From positions 448,001 to 512,000 of the forward strand of contig CAVOGR010000005.1 of the NCBI GenBank assembly GCA_963695555.1: 64,000 nt of DNA, read 5' to 3'. Under the pieces are notes generated by a model. That model was given only the letters and a program-made list of their open reading frames with translations, was not told where the DNA came from and did no database searches. Each line of letters starts with the position of its first letter. Positions within the stretch are counted from its first letter, which is position 1. This DNA is from an uncultured Gemmatimonadales bacterium. GTDB taxonomy: Bacteria; Gemmatimonadota; Gemmatimonadetes; Gemmatimonadales; GWC2-71-9. Both the position numbers and the translations under genes were made by a program. This document shows, piece after piece, positions 51,698 to 63,937 of the stretch.

Positions 51698-53129
51698 TCA
51701 GCTCGCCAGCACGTTCTGGAACTGCCAGGGATCGCTCTCGTCGATCTCCTCGGCGAACTGCGCCCAGCGGGTCGAGATCGGGGTCCAGTCGGTGTAGTGC
51801 GCCTCGACCCGCCCGAGGTAGGGGCGCTGCACGGCGAGGCAGAAGGCGTGGTCCATCTCATCGGTCTCCACGATACCCGCCCGCGGGTTCTCGAGCGCCC
51901 AGACCATGCCGGCGAGCACGGCGGAGGTCACCTGCAGCCCGGTCGCGTTCTGGAAGGGCGCCAGCGCGCGCGCCTCCTCGATCGACAGCCGCGAGCCGTA
52001 CCAGAGCGCGTTCCTGGTGTGGCCGTAGACCAGCACGCCGAGGCAGTCCTCCCCCCAGAGGATCTCGTTCTCGTCGAGGATCTTCATGCTGGTCCTGGAC
52101 CTTGCCCGAGCCCAGCATCTCGTGCAGCGACAGCACCGCCTGGCCGCAGGGATGGTAGGCGTAGTGGCAGGTCGGGCGGAACGCCGGCGTGTCGCCCTCG
52201 CCGACGGTGTAGTAGTCGGCGATCGAGATCGCCTCGTTGTGGGTGACGAGAAAGCCGTACTGCGGCCCCGGCCTCCGGCGACCAGGTGTGGACCTGGGTG
52301 AGCAGCCCGGGCGTGTCGAGGTAGATCGCCGCCCGGCAGCCCTCCGCATGGCGGTGGCCGTTCGGCGGGGAACCAGGTCTCGTGGGTGCCCCAGCCGAGC
52401 TCGGCCGGCTGGAAGCTCTCGGCGATGAAGCCCTCCACCGACCAGGTGTTGACGAAGGTGCCGATCGGCTTCGGCTCGCGCCGCGCCTGGGTGTCGCGCT
52501 CGGCGATGTGCACGCCCTTGACGCCGAGGCCCTGCATCAGCCGCGCCCAGCCGGCGCGGTCGGCGGGCGGGGCGGCGTCGTGGCCGGTGTCCGCGGCGAG
52601 GCGCAGCAGCGCCTCCTTCACGAACCAGGAGACCATGCCGGGATTGGCGCCGCAGCAGGAGACGGCCGTCGGACCGCCGGGATTGGCGCGCTTCTCGGCG
52701 CGGACGGCCTCGCGCAGCGCGTAGTTGGTGCGGTCGGCGGGTTGTCGCGCGGGTCGAAGTAGTAGCCCGCCCAGGGCTCGACCACGGTGTCGATGTAGAG
52801 CACGCCGAGCTCGCGGCAGAGGCGTCATGATCTCCAGCGATCCGGTATCGACGCGAGAGATTGACGCAGAACCCCTTGCCATCGCGGAATATCGCCGAGC
52901 ACCTCGCGGTGGTTCTCGCGGGTCACGGCAGTGTGGACGAAGTGCACGCCGCGCTGCGTCGAGGAAGGTGCGGTGCGTCGTCCGAGGGCTCGATCACGTG
53001 CAGCTTGCGCGGGTCGTAGGTGAAGTGGCGCTCGATCAGCGGCAAGCGTGCCCCTGACCGATGGAACCGAACCCGATGATCACGATCGGGTCCGTCGATG
53101 CGGCCGTGGTTGGGGCGGGTCGTGGGCAT
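51698..53129 (-). CDS. hss: Homospermidine synthase; frameshifted
   Basis: LPLIERHF, LYIDTVVEPW, CCGANPGMVSWFVK, HIAERDTQ, NTWSVEGF, QNATGLQV, DPWQFQN. Confidence 0.93.
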
Positions 53130-53208
53130 CGGGCGTTCCTCCGGGGCGGAAAAGCCGAAGGGCCGCGCGATCCGCGCGGCCCTTCGTGTCAGCGCATTCG
53201 CGGATGGA

Positions 53209-53833
53209 TCAGTTCTTGGCGTAGTATTCGACGACAAGGTTCGGTTCCATCATCACCGGGTAGGGCACGTCCGTCGAGGCTCGGCGTGCGCACGAACTCG
53301 GCGCGTCATCTTGGAGTGGTCGACCTCCAGATAGTCCGGCACGTCGCGCTCGGGGCTGCCGACCGACTCGAGCACGAGGGCGATCTGGCGCGACTTGTCG
53401 CGGAGGTCGATGACGTCGCCTTCCTTGACGCGGTAGGAGGCGATGTTCACCCGCTTGCCGTTGACCGTGACATGGCCGTGGTTCACGAACTGGCGGGCGG
53501 CGAAGATGGTGGGCACGAACTTGGCGCGGTAGATCGACCGCGTCGAGCCGGCGCTCCAAGCAGGCCGATAGGTAATTCTGAAGTATCGCCGCGCTGGCGC
53601 TCGGCGTCGCCGTAGATGCGGCGGAACTGCTTTTCGGTCAGATCGCCGTAGTAGCCCTTGAGCTTCTGCTTGGCGCGCAGCTGCGTGCCGTAGTCGGACA
53701 TCTTGCCCTTGCGGCGCTGGCCGTGCTGGCCGGGGCCGTATTCGCGGCGGTTCACCGGGGACTTCGGGCGGCCCCAGATGTTCTCGCCCATGCGGCGGTC
53801 GATCTTGTATTTCGCGCTCGTACGCTTGGTCAC
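53209..53833 (-). CDS. rpsD: 30S ribosomal protein S4; frameshifted in this sequence
   Basis: [61 protein letters not shown]. Confidence 0.97.
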
Positions 53834-54257
53834 GCAGGACTTCCTTGTGTCATTTCAAACATTTGCGGCGTCCTCCTCTTGCCGGTTCTCACCGGCCGAC
53901 AGGCTTCCCCTTGCGGGGTCCACGGACGCCAATAGTGCCCGCCGCCCCAATCGGACGGCAGGAAGCCGCGCTTATAGCGGCGCGGCCGCCGGTGTCAATG
54001 GCAGCAATCGGCGGGCGTCCGGGTCGCTGGACCGGCTCGGTGGAAAGGGCGCAATTCCAAAGGTTAACGTCGGATTCGCGGCGTATGGAATGCATATGAA
54101 ACCCGTAAGAAAACTATATGCTAACTAATTTTGTCGGGATTGAATCGTTAACGCAGGCCCTGCGCGCCGAACGCGCCGATCCGCGCAAGCGGGTTGGCGG
54201 TCAGGGACTTCTCGGCTGCGCAGCGGTAGGCTAGGCTCGCGCCAAAATCGGAGGGAC

Positions 54258-55449
54258 ATGCAGATGGCCGCAACCCGGCAATCCCGCCCTGCCCACCTCG
54301 CGGTTGCCGCCGCGGTCATCGGGGTGCTGGTGCTCGCCGGTTGCGCCGGGACGTCGCGGCAGGCGGTCCCCGAGCCGCTGGTCGACGTGGCGGCGGTGCC
54401 CGGATATGGCAATATCCGGTTCTGGGGCGACGACGCGAGCAGCATCAGTCGCAGCGGGATCATCACCGAGGCGCGGGAATTCGCGCCGACGCCCGGGATC
54501 GGAGTGGAACTTCCTGGCGATCTCGGGCGGCGGCAGCAACGGTGCCTTCGGGGCCGGGCTGGTCACCGGCTGGACCGCGAACGGCACCCGCCCGGAATTC
54601 GACATCGTCACCGGGGTGAGCACCGGATCGCTGACCGCGCCCTTCGCCTTCCTAGGCCCCGGCTATGATGCGCAGCTGACCCAAGCCTATACCGACGTCA
54701 GCACCGACAGCATCTACAAGCGCGAAGGGCTGTCCGGCATACTGCGCCTCGGCGGGCTGGTGAATGACGCTCCGTTGCGCAAGCTGGTCGAAGGCTTCGT
54801 CACCGACGCGATGGTCGCCGACATCGCCCGCGCGCACCTGACCGGGCGCCGCTTGCTGATCGGGTCCACCAACATCGACGCCGAGCGCCCGGTGGTCTGG
54901 GATATCGGCGCGATCGCCACCAGCGGCGTGCCCGGCAGGCGCGAGCTCATCGTCGACGTGCTGGTGGCTTCGGCCTCGATCCCGGGGCTGTTTCCGCCGG
55001 CGCGCATACAGGTGGTCGCCGACGGGGTGGCCTATGACGAGTTGCACGTGGACGGGGGGGCGGTGAACGAGTCGTTCCTGTTCCCGCCAAACTTCACCGC
55101 CGCGGATTTCGATCTCTGGACCGACAACGCGCGGAGCCGGCGGGCCTTCATCATCCGCAACGGCAAGGTCAAGCCGGAATACAGCGTGGTGAAGCCTAGG
55201 GTGCTGCCGGTGGTGGAGAGGTCTGTCGACCTGCTGATCAAGTCGCAGGGCGTGGGCGACCTGTTCCGGATGCACGATACCGCCCGCAGGGTCGGGCTGG
55301 AGTTCAACGCGATCTGGATCCCGGCGAGCTTCACCGCGACCGAGCCGAAGCCATTCGATCAGGGATACATGCGCGCGGTCTACGCGCTGGGGCGCCAGCT
55401 GGCGGCGAGCCCGGGCGGCATCCCCTGGTCGAGGCTGCCCCCTCAGTAG
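54258..55449 (+). CDS. Patatin-like phospholipase lipoprotein; frameshift near 54500
   Basis: Lipobox LAGC; SGGGSNGAFGAG, GVSTG, HVDGG. Confidence 0.88.
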
Positions 55450-55991
55450 CCCGGCGCCACCCGCAGCGCCTCGGCCGCGGCGACCGACGACATGGCGGTG
55501 GTGAGATGGTGCACGGTGGTGCGGGTGTAGGAGCGCGGCACCATGAGGTCGAAGCCGCCCGCCGCCGTCACCAGCAGGCAGGGCGTATGGTGCAGGACGC
55601 TGCGCAGGGCGCGGTCGTCGGGCAGGACCTTCGGGTCGAGGTCGATGGGCAGCAGGCGGGCGAGGGTCGCGCGGGCGCCGGCGCCTTCGAGGCGCAGGCC
55701 GGCCCAGGCGTCGGTCTGGTCGGTCACGGCGGCGTCGGCGGTCGTTGGGCGCGGTCCTTCGACGAGCCAGAGGTCGAGGCCCGCCCAGATCACCCGGCCG
55801 CCTTCGGGCAGGTGACGCACGGCGCCGGGGGCCGGCAGGCCGCCGAGCGCCTCGGCCACGGTCGCGGTCCGGCCGCGGAAGGGGGCGAGTGACCAGCGGG
55901 GCCCCGGGGGGAGTGCCGACAGGACGGTTTCGCCGGTGCGGATGGGCAGGTCGCGCCCGGCGGTGGCTGGGGTTGCGGTCAGGTCAGCCAC
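55443..55991 (-). CDS. soxG: Sarcosine oxidase gamma subunit
   Basis: TDQTDAW, LARLLPIDL, MVPRSY; operon position. Confidence 0.85.
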   Translation of the reverse strand: MADLTATPATAGRDLPIRTGETVLSALPPGPRWSLAPFRGRTATVAEALGGLPAPGAVRHLPEGGRVIWAGLDLWLVEGPRPTTADAAVTDQTDAWAGLRLEGAGARATLARLLPIDLDPKVLPDDRALRSVLHHTPCLLVTAAGGFDLMVPRSYTRTTVHHLTTAMSSVAAAEALRVAPGY

Positions 55992-58917
55992 GCAGGCGCG
56001 CTCCTTCGGGATCGACGAAGGCGGGAAGCACGATCTCGCAGGGCGTGTCGAGGCCGCGCAGGTGGCAGACGGCGCGCAGGGTCTCGCCCATGCGCGCGCG
56101 GCCACCTCGCACGAAGGCCAGCGCGATGGCGTGGCCGAGCGTCGGCGAGTGGCAGGCGGAGGTCAGGTAGCCCTGGTCGTTGGCGGCCACGGGGTCGGCG
56201 CCGGGGGCGACGACGTGGGCGCCGGCGGCGAGGGGGGCCGTGGGGTCGAGGGGCTTCAGTCCGACCAGTTGCTCGCGGTCGGGGTCGAGGAGGCCGGGGC
56301 GGCGGGACATGGCCTTGCCGATGCAGTCCTTGCCCGCGGCGACCATGCGGCCGAGGCCGAGATCGTCGGCGGTGGTGCGGCCGTGCAGCTCGGCGTGGGT
56401 CAGGAGGCCCTTCTCGATGCGCAGGACGTTCAGCGCCTCGAGCCCGTAGGGGCCGCCGCCGAGGTCGCCGGCGAGGGCGGTGAGGCGGGTCCAGAGGGCG
56501 GCGCCGTAGCGGGCGGGGACGGCGATCTCGTAGCCGTGCTCGCCGGAGAAGGAGACGCGGAAGAGCCGGGCGGGGATGCCGGCGAGGCTGACCGGCCCGC
56601 AGGACATGAAGGGGAAGTCGTCCGGGGCGAGCGGCGTGCCGAACAGTCGGCCGACCAGTTCGCGGGCGCGGGGGCCGGCGATGGCGGTCTGCGACCATTG
56701 CTCGGTGACGGAGATGGTGGCGACGTCGAGGTCGGGCCAGAGGCACTGGGCGGCGAATTCGAGATGCGCCATGACGTCGCCGGCGGCGGCGGTTGTGGTG
56801 GTGAGGAGGTAGTGCGCCGGGCCGAGGCGGGCGACGACGCCGTCGTCCATGACGAAGCCGTCCTCGCGCAGCATCAGGCCGTAGCGGCAGCGGCCGATGG
56901 GGAGGGTGGAGACGGTGCCGGTGTAGATGCGGTCGAGGAAGGCGCTCGCGTCGGGGCCCTGGACGTCGATCTTGCCCAGCGTGGTGACGTCGGTGACGCC
57001 GACGGTGGTGCGGACCATGGCGACCTCGCGGTCGCAGGACTGGCGCCAGGCGGTCTCGCCGGGGGCGGGGAACCAGCCGGGGCGGTACCAGAGGCCGGCC
57101 TCGAGCACCGGCGGCGCCGGCGGCGGTGATCGCGTCGTGGGCGGGGGTGAAGCGCTGGGGCGGCGAGGCCGGTGCCCGAGCCCCCTGCCCCGAGCGCGGC
57201 GATCGGGACGGGCGTGTAGGGCGGGCGGTACGTGGTGGTGCCGGTCTCGGCGATGGTGCGGCCGGTGAGCGTCGGCGAGGATGGCCAGCGCGGTGACGTT
57301 GCCGGTCTTGCCCTGGTCGGTGGCCATGCCCAGCGTGGTGTAGCGCTTCATGTGCTCGAGGGCGCGGAAGTTCTCGCGGCACGGCCTGGGCGACGTCCTT
57401 GGTGGTGACGTCGTTCTGGAAGTCGAGCCAGGCGCGGCCCTTGGCGCCCGTCACCTGCCAGAAGGGGGTGATCGTCGCCGGCGCGTCCTCGGCCTCGGGC
57501 AGGTCCATGGCGGGGACGGCGAGGCCGAGGTCGGCGCAAGCGTCGGCGGCGGCCTGCGCGCCCTGGGCCAGGGCGGCGGCGGTGGAGAAGGCGCCGTTGG
57601 CGGCACCAGCCGCCGTCAGGCCGGGGACGGCGCCGGGCGGCGGGACGAAGGCGGCGATGCCCTCGTCCCAGACCGGGCGGCCGCCCATGTGGCAGGCTAG
57701 GTGGACGGCCGGGTTCCAGCCGCCGGAGACGGCAAGGCCGTCGGTCTCGATCCAGCGGGTGCCGGTGGCGTCGCGGACCTCGACGGCCTCGAGCCCGAGC
57801 CGGCCGCGGGTGTTGACCGACCATGGCCGCCGGGGAAGCGCCACCAGGGGCCTTCGGGCAGGCTGGCGCCGGGGGTGGGGTCGATGAGAGCGGTGACCTC
57901 GATGCCGGCGGCGGCGAGGTCGGCGGCGGTGCGGGGGCCGTCGTCGTTGGTGGCGAAGACCGCCACCGACGGCCCGGGGCCGCGGCCCAGCGGTTGAGGT
58001 AGGCGCGCACGGCGCCTGCGCAGCATGATGCCGGGGCGGTCGTTGTCGCGGAAGGCGATGGGGCGCTCAAGGGCGCCGGCGGCGAGGATGGCGCGGGCTG
58101 CGGCGATGCGCCAGAAGCAGGTGCGCGGGGTGGCTTCGGGCGCGAGGGCGGTATGCTCGGAGACCCGCTCCAGCGCGCCGTAGGTGCTGCCGTCGTAGGC
58201 GCCGGTGACGGTGGTGCGGGGCATCAGGCGGACGTTGGGCAGGGCGGCGAGTTCGGCCGCGGTGGCGGCGGCCCAGGCGGCGGCCGGCTGGCCGCCGATG
58301 TCCATGCGTTCGGCGTTGAGGCGGCCGCCGGGGCGGAAGTCCTCGTCGGCGAGGATGACGCGGGCCCCTGCCCTGCCGGCGGTCAGCGCGGTCATGAGGC
58401 CGGCGGGGCCGGCGCCGATGACGAGCAGGTCGCAGAAGGCGAAGGCCTTTTCGTGGCGGTCGGTGTCGGCGTCCGGGGCGAGGCGGCCGAGGCCGGCGGC
58501 GCGGCGGATCAGCGGCTCGTAGAGGCGCTCCCAGAAGGGTTTGGGCCACATGAATGTCTTGTAGTAGAAGCCGGCGCCGATCAGGGGGGCGAGGAGGTCG
58601 TTCAGCCCCATCGCGTCCCAGGCCAGCGAGGGCCAGCGGTTCTGGCTGAAGGCGACGAGGCCGTCGTGGGCCTCCTGTGTGGTGGCGCGCAGGTTGGGGT
58701 TGCCGCCGATGGTGACGAGCGCGTTGGGTTCCTCGGAGCCGGCGGTGAGGGTGCCGCGGGGGCGGCGGTACTTGAAGCTGCGACCCGTGAGACGCACGCC
58801 GTTCGCCATCAGCGCCGAGGCGAGCGTGTCGCCGGGGTGGGCGGTGAGCGGGCGGCCGTCGAAGGTAAGCTCGAGGGTGCGGCGGCGGTCGATCTGGCCT
58901 CCGGTGGCGAGACGCAT
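55984..58917 (-). CDS. soxA: Sarcosine oxidase alpha subunit; frameshifted
   Basis: GDTLASAL, RSFKYRRPRG, GFYYKTFMWP, DFQNDVT, KRYTTLGMATDQGK, SFSGEHGYE. Confidence 0.95.
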
Positions 58918-59180
58918 CAGCGGGGAACCTCGCGGGCGAGGGCGACGTCGAGGATGGCGTGGTCGCGGGTGTCGCGGGTGACGCGGAGCCAGGCGCGGCA
59001 GCCGGCGGCGTGCTGCCAAAGCTCGGGGTTGGGGCCGGCGGGGTTGTCGCGGAGGTTGACGTAGTCGTGGAAGGCCGGGGTGCCGGCGTCGGGCGCCGGG
59101 CGGGCGAGGAGCGTCGCCGCGCCACGGTAGGTGAACTCGCGCAGGTCGCGGGGGCCACAGATGGGGCAGGTCAGGCGCAT
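58917..59180 (-). CDS. soxD: Sarcosine oxidase delta subunit
   Basis: CPICGPR..EF, RDNPAG, WQHAAGCRAW. Confidence 0.95.
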   Translation of the reverse strand: MRLTCPICGPRDLREFTYRGAATLLARPAPDAGTPAFHDYVNLRDNPAGPNPELWQHAAGCRAWLRVTRDTRDHAILDVALAREVPR

Positions 59181-60432
59181 TCAGTGCAGGTTCGGCTGAG
59201 CACCGGTCCCCTCCTCGTCGATGGTAAGGCCGGTCTCGAACCGGTCGAGGCGCAGGCGGGTGGCGGCGGGGTGCGGGCGGCCGGTGGCGATCAGGTGGGC
59301 GAAGCAGTCGCCGGAGGCCGGGGTGGCCTTGAAGCCGCCGTAGCACCAGCCGCCGTTGAGGTAGAGCCCGTCCACGGGGGTGCGGTCGATGATCGGCGAG
59401 CCGTCCATGGTCATGTCGGTGATGCCGCCCCAGGAGCGCAGGACGCGGGCGCGGCCGATCATCGGCATCAACGCCATGCCGGCCTCCATGACGTGCTCGA
59501 CCGTGGGCAGGTTCCCGCGGGCGGCGTAGGAGTTGTAGAAGTCGAGGTCGCCGCCGAACACGAGCCCGCCCTTGTCGGACTGGCTGATGTAGAAGTGGCC
59601 CATGCCGAAGGTGACGACGCCGGGGAGCACCGGCTTCAGACCCTCGGTGACGAAGGCCTGCAGGACGTGGCTCTCGATCGGCAGGCGCAGGCCCGCCATC
59701 GCGGCGACCTGCGAGGTGCGGCCCGCGACGACCATGCCGACCTTGCGGGCGGTGATCGTGCCGCGGGTGGTCTCGACGCCGCGAACCTGGCCGTTGTCGA
59801 TGCGGATGCCGGTGACGTCGCAGTTCTGGATGAGATCGACGCCGAGGCTGTCGGCGGCGCGGGCATAGCCCCAGGCCACGGCGTCGTGCCGCGCGGTGCC
59901 GCCGCGGCGGTGCAGCAAGGCCGCCACGGATCGGGAAGCGGGCATCGTCGAAGTTGAGGAAGGGAGCGACGGCGCGCACGCCGTCGCGGTCGAGCAGTTC
60001 CGCATCGTCGCCCTGGAACCGCATGGCGTTGCCGCGGCGGGCGAAGGCGTCGAACTGGCCGTCGGAGTGGCAGAGGTTCAGGACGCCGCGCTGCGACATC
60101 ATGACGTTGTAGTTGAGCTCCTGCTCCAGGCCCTCCCAGAGCTTCAGCGAGTGGGAGTAGAACTCGGAGTTGCCGGGCAGCAGGTAGTTCGCCCGCACGA
60201 TGGTGGTGTTGCGGCCGACGTTGCCCTCGCCGAGCAGGCCGCGCTCGAGAACGGCGATGCGACGGATGCCGTGCCTGCGCGCCAGGTAGTAGGCGGTGGC
60301 AAGCCCGTGGCCGCCGCCACCGATGATGATGACGTCATAGGCGGGCTTCGGCGTGGGGTCGCGCCAGACCGGCGGCCAGCGCCGGCCACCGGACAGCGCG
60401 TTGCGGAATATCTCGAAGCCGGAGTAGCGCAT
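59181..60432 (-). CDS. soxB: Sarcosine oxidase beta subunit; frameshift near 59920
   Basis: IIGGGGHGLATAYYLA, RNTTIVRANY, HDAVAWGYAR, GWCYGGFKATP. Confidence 0.95.
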
Positions 60433-60606
60433 GTCCCGTCCGTTGCCTGCGGCGGCGAGCAAAGCCTGTTGCGGCGATGCGTGCAAGCCCGATGCCAGGC
60501 CCGGACGGAGGGCAGCGCCCGGCGCGAGGGGTGGGTGGGCGGGAGCGTGCCGGGCGCTGCCCGGGCCGGCCGGGCGGGCGGCCATCGGGACCGGCCGGCG
60601 AATCCG

Positions 60607-62121
60607 CTACGCCTTGAACAGACCGGCGAAACGGTTGCGCAGCTCGTTCTTCTGCACCTTGCCCATGGTATTGCGCGGCAGGCTGTCGATCAGCTCCAGC
60701 GCCTTGGGTTGCTTGAACCGCGCAAGGCTCTCGCGCAGGGCGGCGTCGATGGCGGCGAGGTCCGGCTTCCGGCCGGGTTCCGGCACCAGAACGGCCAGCA
60801 CGGCCTCGCCGAAATCGGGATGCGGGATGCCGACGACGGCGCTTTCCAGGACGCCGGGCTGATCGTCGAGGATCAGCTCCACCTCCTTGGGATAGACGTT
60901 GAAGCCGCCGGTGATGATGAGATCCTTCTGCCGCCCGACGATGGTCAGGTAGCCGTCGGCATCGAAGCGCCCCAGGTCGCCGGTGATGAAGAAGCCGCTC
61001 TTGCGCAGCTCCTCGCGCGACTTCTCAGGCATCCGCCAGTAGCCTTTGAAAACGTTCGGTCCCCGTACCTCGACCACGCCCGTCTCTCCCACCGGCAGGG
61101 GCGTGCCAGTCGCGGGGTCGGCCACGATCACCTCCACCCCCGGCAGCGGCGGCCCGACCGTCCCGGCGCGGCGGTCGCCGTCGTAGGGGTTGGAGGTGTT
61201 CATGTTGGTCTCGGTCATCCCGTAGCGCTCCAGGATGCGGTGGCCGGTGCGCGCCTCGAACTGCACATGGGTCTCGGCCAGGAGCGGCGCGGAGCCGGAA
61301 ATGAAGACCCGCATGCCGCGGGTCAGGTCGGCGGTGAAGCGCGCATCGTCGAGGAGGCGCGTATAGAAGGTCGGCACCCCCATCATTGCCGTCGCCTCCG
61401 GCAGGAGCCGCAGCACCGCCTCCTGATCGAAGCCGGGCAGGAAGATCATCGAGCCGCGCGCCAGCAGCATCACGTTGGTGGCGACGAAGAGCCCGTGGGT
61501 GTGAAAGATCGGCAGCGCGTGCAGGAGCACGTCGCGGTCGGTGAACCGCCAGTGCCGTACCAGCGTCTCGGCGTTGGACAAAAGGTTGCCCTGCGTCAGC
61601 ATCGCCCCCTTCGATCGCCCGGTGGTGCCGGAGGTGTAGAGCAGGGCCGCGAGGTCGTCCTCGACGCGGGCCACAGGGGCGAAATCGGCCCCCTGCCCCG
61701 CCGCCAGGCCGGTGAAGCTGCCCTCACCCGCGGCATCCAGCGTCAGGAGCCGCGCGCCGTGCCGTGCTGCGGCCCCGGCGAGGGCGGCCTCCTTCGCCGG
61801 GTCGCAGATCAGCAGCTTCGGGGTGGCGTTGCCGAGGAAATAGTCGATCTCGGCGGCGGTATAGGCGGTGTTGAGCGGAAGGAAGACCGCCCCCGCCGCT
61901 ACCGCCGCGCCATAGACCGCCAGGGCCTCGGGCGTCTTGGCGATCTGCACCGCAACCCGGTCACCCGGAACCACGCTCGCGGCGCGCAAGGCGTTGGCGG
62001 CGCGGCCGATCAGGGCGAGGAACGCGGCACCGGACAGGCTGCCGCCATCGGGCAGGCGCAGGAGAGGCGTCTCCGATGCCGCGAGCGGGGCGAAGAGCGC
62101 GTCGTAGAGAGGGTTGGCCAT
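60607..62121 (-). CDS. matB: Malonyl-CoA synthetase
   Basis: YTSGTTGRSKGAML, LPIFHTHGLFVA, ERYGMTET, PRNTMGKVQK. Confidence 0.92.
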   Translation of the reverse strand: MANPLYDALFAPLAASETPLLRLPDGGSLSGAAFLALIGRAANALRAASVVPGDRVAVQIAKTPEALAVYGAAVAAGAVFLPLNTAYTAAEIDYFLGNATPKLLICDPAKEAALAGAAARHGARLLTLDAAGEGSFTGLAAGQGADFAPVARVEDDLAALLYTSGTTGRSKGAMLTQGNLLSNAETLVRHWRFTDRDVLLHALPIFHTHGLFVATNVMLLARGSMIFLPGFDQEAVLRLLPEATAMMGVPTFYTRLLDDARFTADLTRGMRVFISGSAPLLAETHVQFEARTGHRILERYGMTETNMNTSNPYDGDRRAGTVGPPLPGVEVIVADPATGTPLPVGETGVVEVRGPNVFKGYWRMPEKSREELRKSGFFITGDLGRFDADGYLTIVGRQKDLIITGGFNVYPKEVELILDDQPGVLESAVVGIPHPDFGEAVLAVLVPEPGRKPDLAAIDAALRESLARFKQPKALELIDSLPRNTMGKVQKNELRNRFAGLFKA

Positions 62122-62239
62122 GGGCTCGGTCCTTCCTTCCCGCTTTGGCCGCGGCGGGGCTGGCGGCCTGAGAGGTCATAGCTGCACTCCGCCAGGGCTC
62201 CAAGGCCCCGGTGCAGGACCGCTACGCCGGACCACACGC

Positions 62240-62797
62240 CTAGCGCCCTGTCTTCATCGCATTGAGCGCGGTGGCAATGACCGCGGTCATGCGGCGCTCG
62301 GCATGGGGGTGTGCCACCGCAAGATCGACCACGGACAGGCCGACGGCCAGGGCGTGAAGCAGAAGGCGGTTCTCCTCCGTCGCCGGGATGCCCAGCGTCT
62401 CGAGCAGCTTGCCGGCGCGCTGCCAGACGCCCTCGGCGAGGTGGCGGAAGACCTCGCGGATCGCCGGCTCCTGGTCGGCCGCCTGGGCGAGGGCCAGCAG
62501 CACCCGGGTGTTCTCCTGCCGCCCCGCGAGATGCGCGAGAACCGCCGCGGTGGCGTCGATGGATGCGCCCTCAGCCATGGCATCGACGGCGTTCAGCTGG
62601 CCTTCGGCTGCCGCTCGGGCGACCGCCTCGAGCAGGTCGGCGCGGGTGGGGAAGTAATAGGTCAGGTGGCTCTGCCGCATGCCGACCTCGGCGGCGACGC
62701 GCGGCTGGGTGAAGCCCGGGTAGCCGTGCGCGCGGAGCACGTCGAGTCCGGCTTCGACGATCTCGCGGCGGCGATCCCTGCGCCCGGGCGGGTTCAT
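62240..62797 (-). CDS. TetR/AcrR family regulator
   Basis: EIVEAGLDVL...VAAEVGMRQSHLTYYFPTRADLL. Confidence 0.9.
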   Translation of the reverse strand: MNPPGRRDRRREIVEAGLDVLRAHGYPGFTQPRVAAEVGMRQSHLTYYFPTRADLLEAVARAAAEGQLNAVDAMAEGASIDATAAVLAHLAGRQENTRVLLALAQAADQEPAIREVFRHLAEGVWQRAGKLLETLGIPATEENRLLLHALAVGLSVVDLAVAHPHAERRMTAVIATALNAMKTGR

Positions 62798-62826
62798 GGG
62801 CGTGCTTCCTTTCGGCCGGGGCGGCA

Positions 62827-63936
62827 TCATTCGAGGCGGCTGCGGAAGAGCCAGGCGGCCGCACTCAGGGTGACCACCGCGATCAGCGCCAGCGGGATGG
62901 TGAGCGACAGCACCTCGCCCGCCGGGATGTCCTTGAGGAACACCCCGCGCACGATCACCAGGAAGTAGCGCAGCGGATTGGCGTAGGTGACCGGCTGCAG
63001 CCAGGCGGGCATGTTCTCGATCGGCGTTGCGAACCCCGAAAGCAGCATGGCCGGCACCAGGATCAGGAAGGCGCCCAGGATCGCCTGCTGCTGGGTCTTG
63101 GACAGGGCCGAGATCAGGAGGCCCATGCCGACCACCGAGGCCATGAACACGATGGCGCTGGCGTAGAGCAGGACCAGCGAGCCCCTGAGCGGGATGCCGA
63201 AGATCACCACCGCGGCGATGATGTAGAGGGTGATGTGGAAGAGCCCGATCAGCACCGGCGGGATCAGCTTGCCGATCAGGATCTCATGGGTGCGCAGCGG
63301 CGAGACCATCAGCTGGTCGAAGGTGCCGAGTTCGCGCTCGCGGGCGACCGACAGGGCGGTGACGATGAGGCCCATCAGGAGCGCGATGCTGACCACCAGG
63401 TTCGGCACCATGAACCACTGGTAGATCAGGTTCTGGTTGAACCAGTTGCGCGGCACCACGCTGATGACCGGCGCGGTGCTCCGCCTCGCGCCCGGGGTCT
63501 CCGCCGACAGCCCGCCGATGATCCGCTCGAGATAGCCGCCGACGATCTGCGCCGCGTTCGAGCGGCGGCCGTCAAGGATCAGCTGCACCTTTGCGGGTCG
63601 CCCGGCCTCGATGTCGCGCGAGAAGCTCGGCGAGATCTGCACCGCCGCGATAACCCGCTGCCGGTCGATGGCCTCGCGTAGCACCTGGGGCGAGTCGGTG
63701 AAGCTGACCTCGCGGAAAGACGGCGAGGCCTCGATCCGCTGGGTGAGTTCCCGGCTCCAGTGCCCGGCGTCGCGGTTGAGCACCATGACGTCCACGTTGC
63801 GCACCTCAAGCGTCGCCGCGTAGGAGAAGATCACGAGCTGCATGATCGGCGGCACGATCAGGATGACCCGCCCGCGCGGGTCGCGCAGCACCGCCAGCAG
63901 CTCCTTGACGATCAGCGCCCGCAGCCGCGTCCACAT
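62827..63936 (-). CDS. ABC-2 type exporter permease (YbhR-like)
   Basis: IVKELLAVLRD, LDGRRSN, VARERELGTFDQL, LSGFATPIENMP. Confidence 0.92.
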   Translation of the reverse strand: MWTRLRALIVKELLAVLRDPRGRVILIVPPIMQLVIFSYAATLEVRNVDVMVLNRDAGHWSRELTQRIEASPSFREVSFTDSPQVLREAIDRQRVIAAVQISPSFSRDIEAGRPAKVQLILDGRRSNAAQIVGGYLERIIGGLSAETPGARRSTAPVISVVPRNWFNQNLIYQWFMVPNLVVSIALLMGLIVTALSVARERELGTFDQLMVSPLRTHEILIGKLIPPVLIGLFHITLYIIAAVVIFGIPLRGSLVLLYASAIVFMASVVGMGLLISALSKTQQQAILGAFLILVPAMLLSGFATPIENMPAWLQPVTYANPLRYFLVIVRGVFLKDIPAGEVLSLTIPLALIAVVTLSAAAWLFRSRLE

Positions 63937-63937
63937 C

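Noticed and set aside
53209..53833. rpsD as a pseudogene or programmed frameshift
   Set aside because: Essential gene with several scattered indels matching the window-wide error pattern; sequence error is far more likely.
54098..54126. dif-like site (GAAACCCGTAA-GAAAAC-TATATGCTAACT)
   Set aside because: Matching the XerD arm needs a 7-bp spacer and the XerC arm is poor.
57697..60585. Apparent SoxB-SoxA fusion ORF (962 aa); likewise 39548..41434, 33883..35748 and 6016..7710
   Set aside because: Produced by frameshifts or stop-poor frames bridging separate genes that have their own starts.
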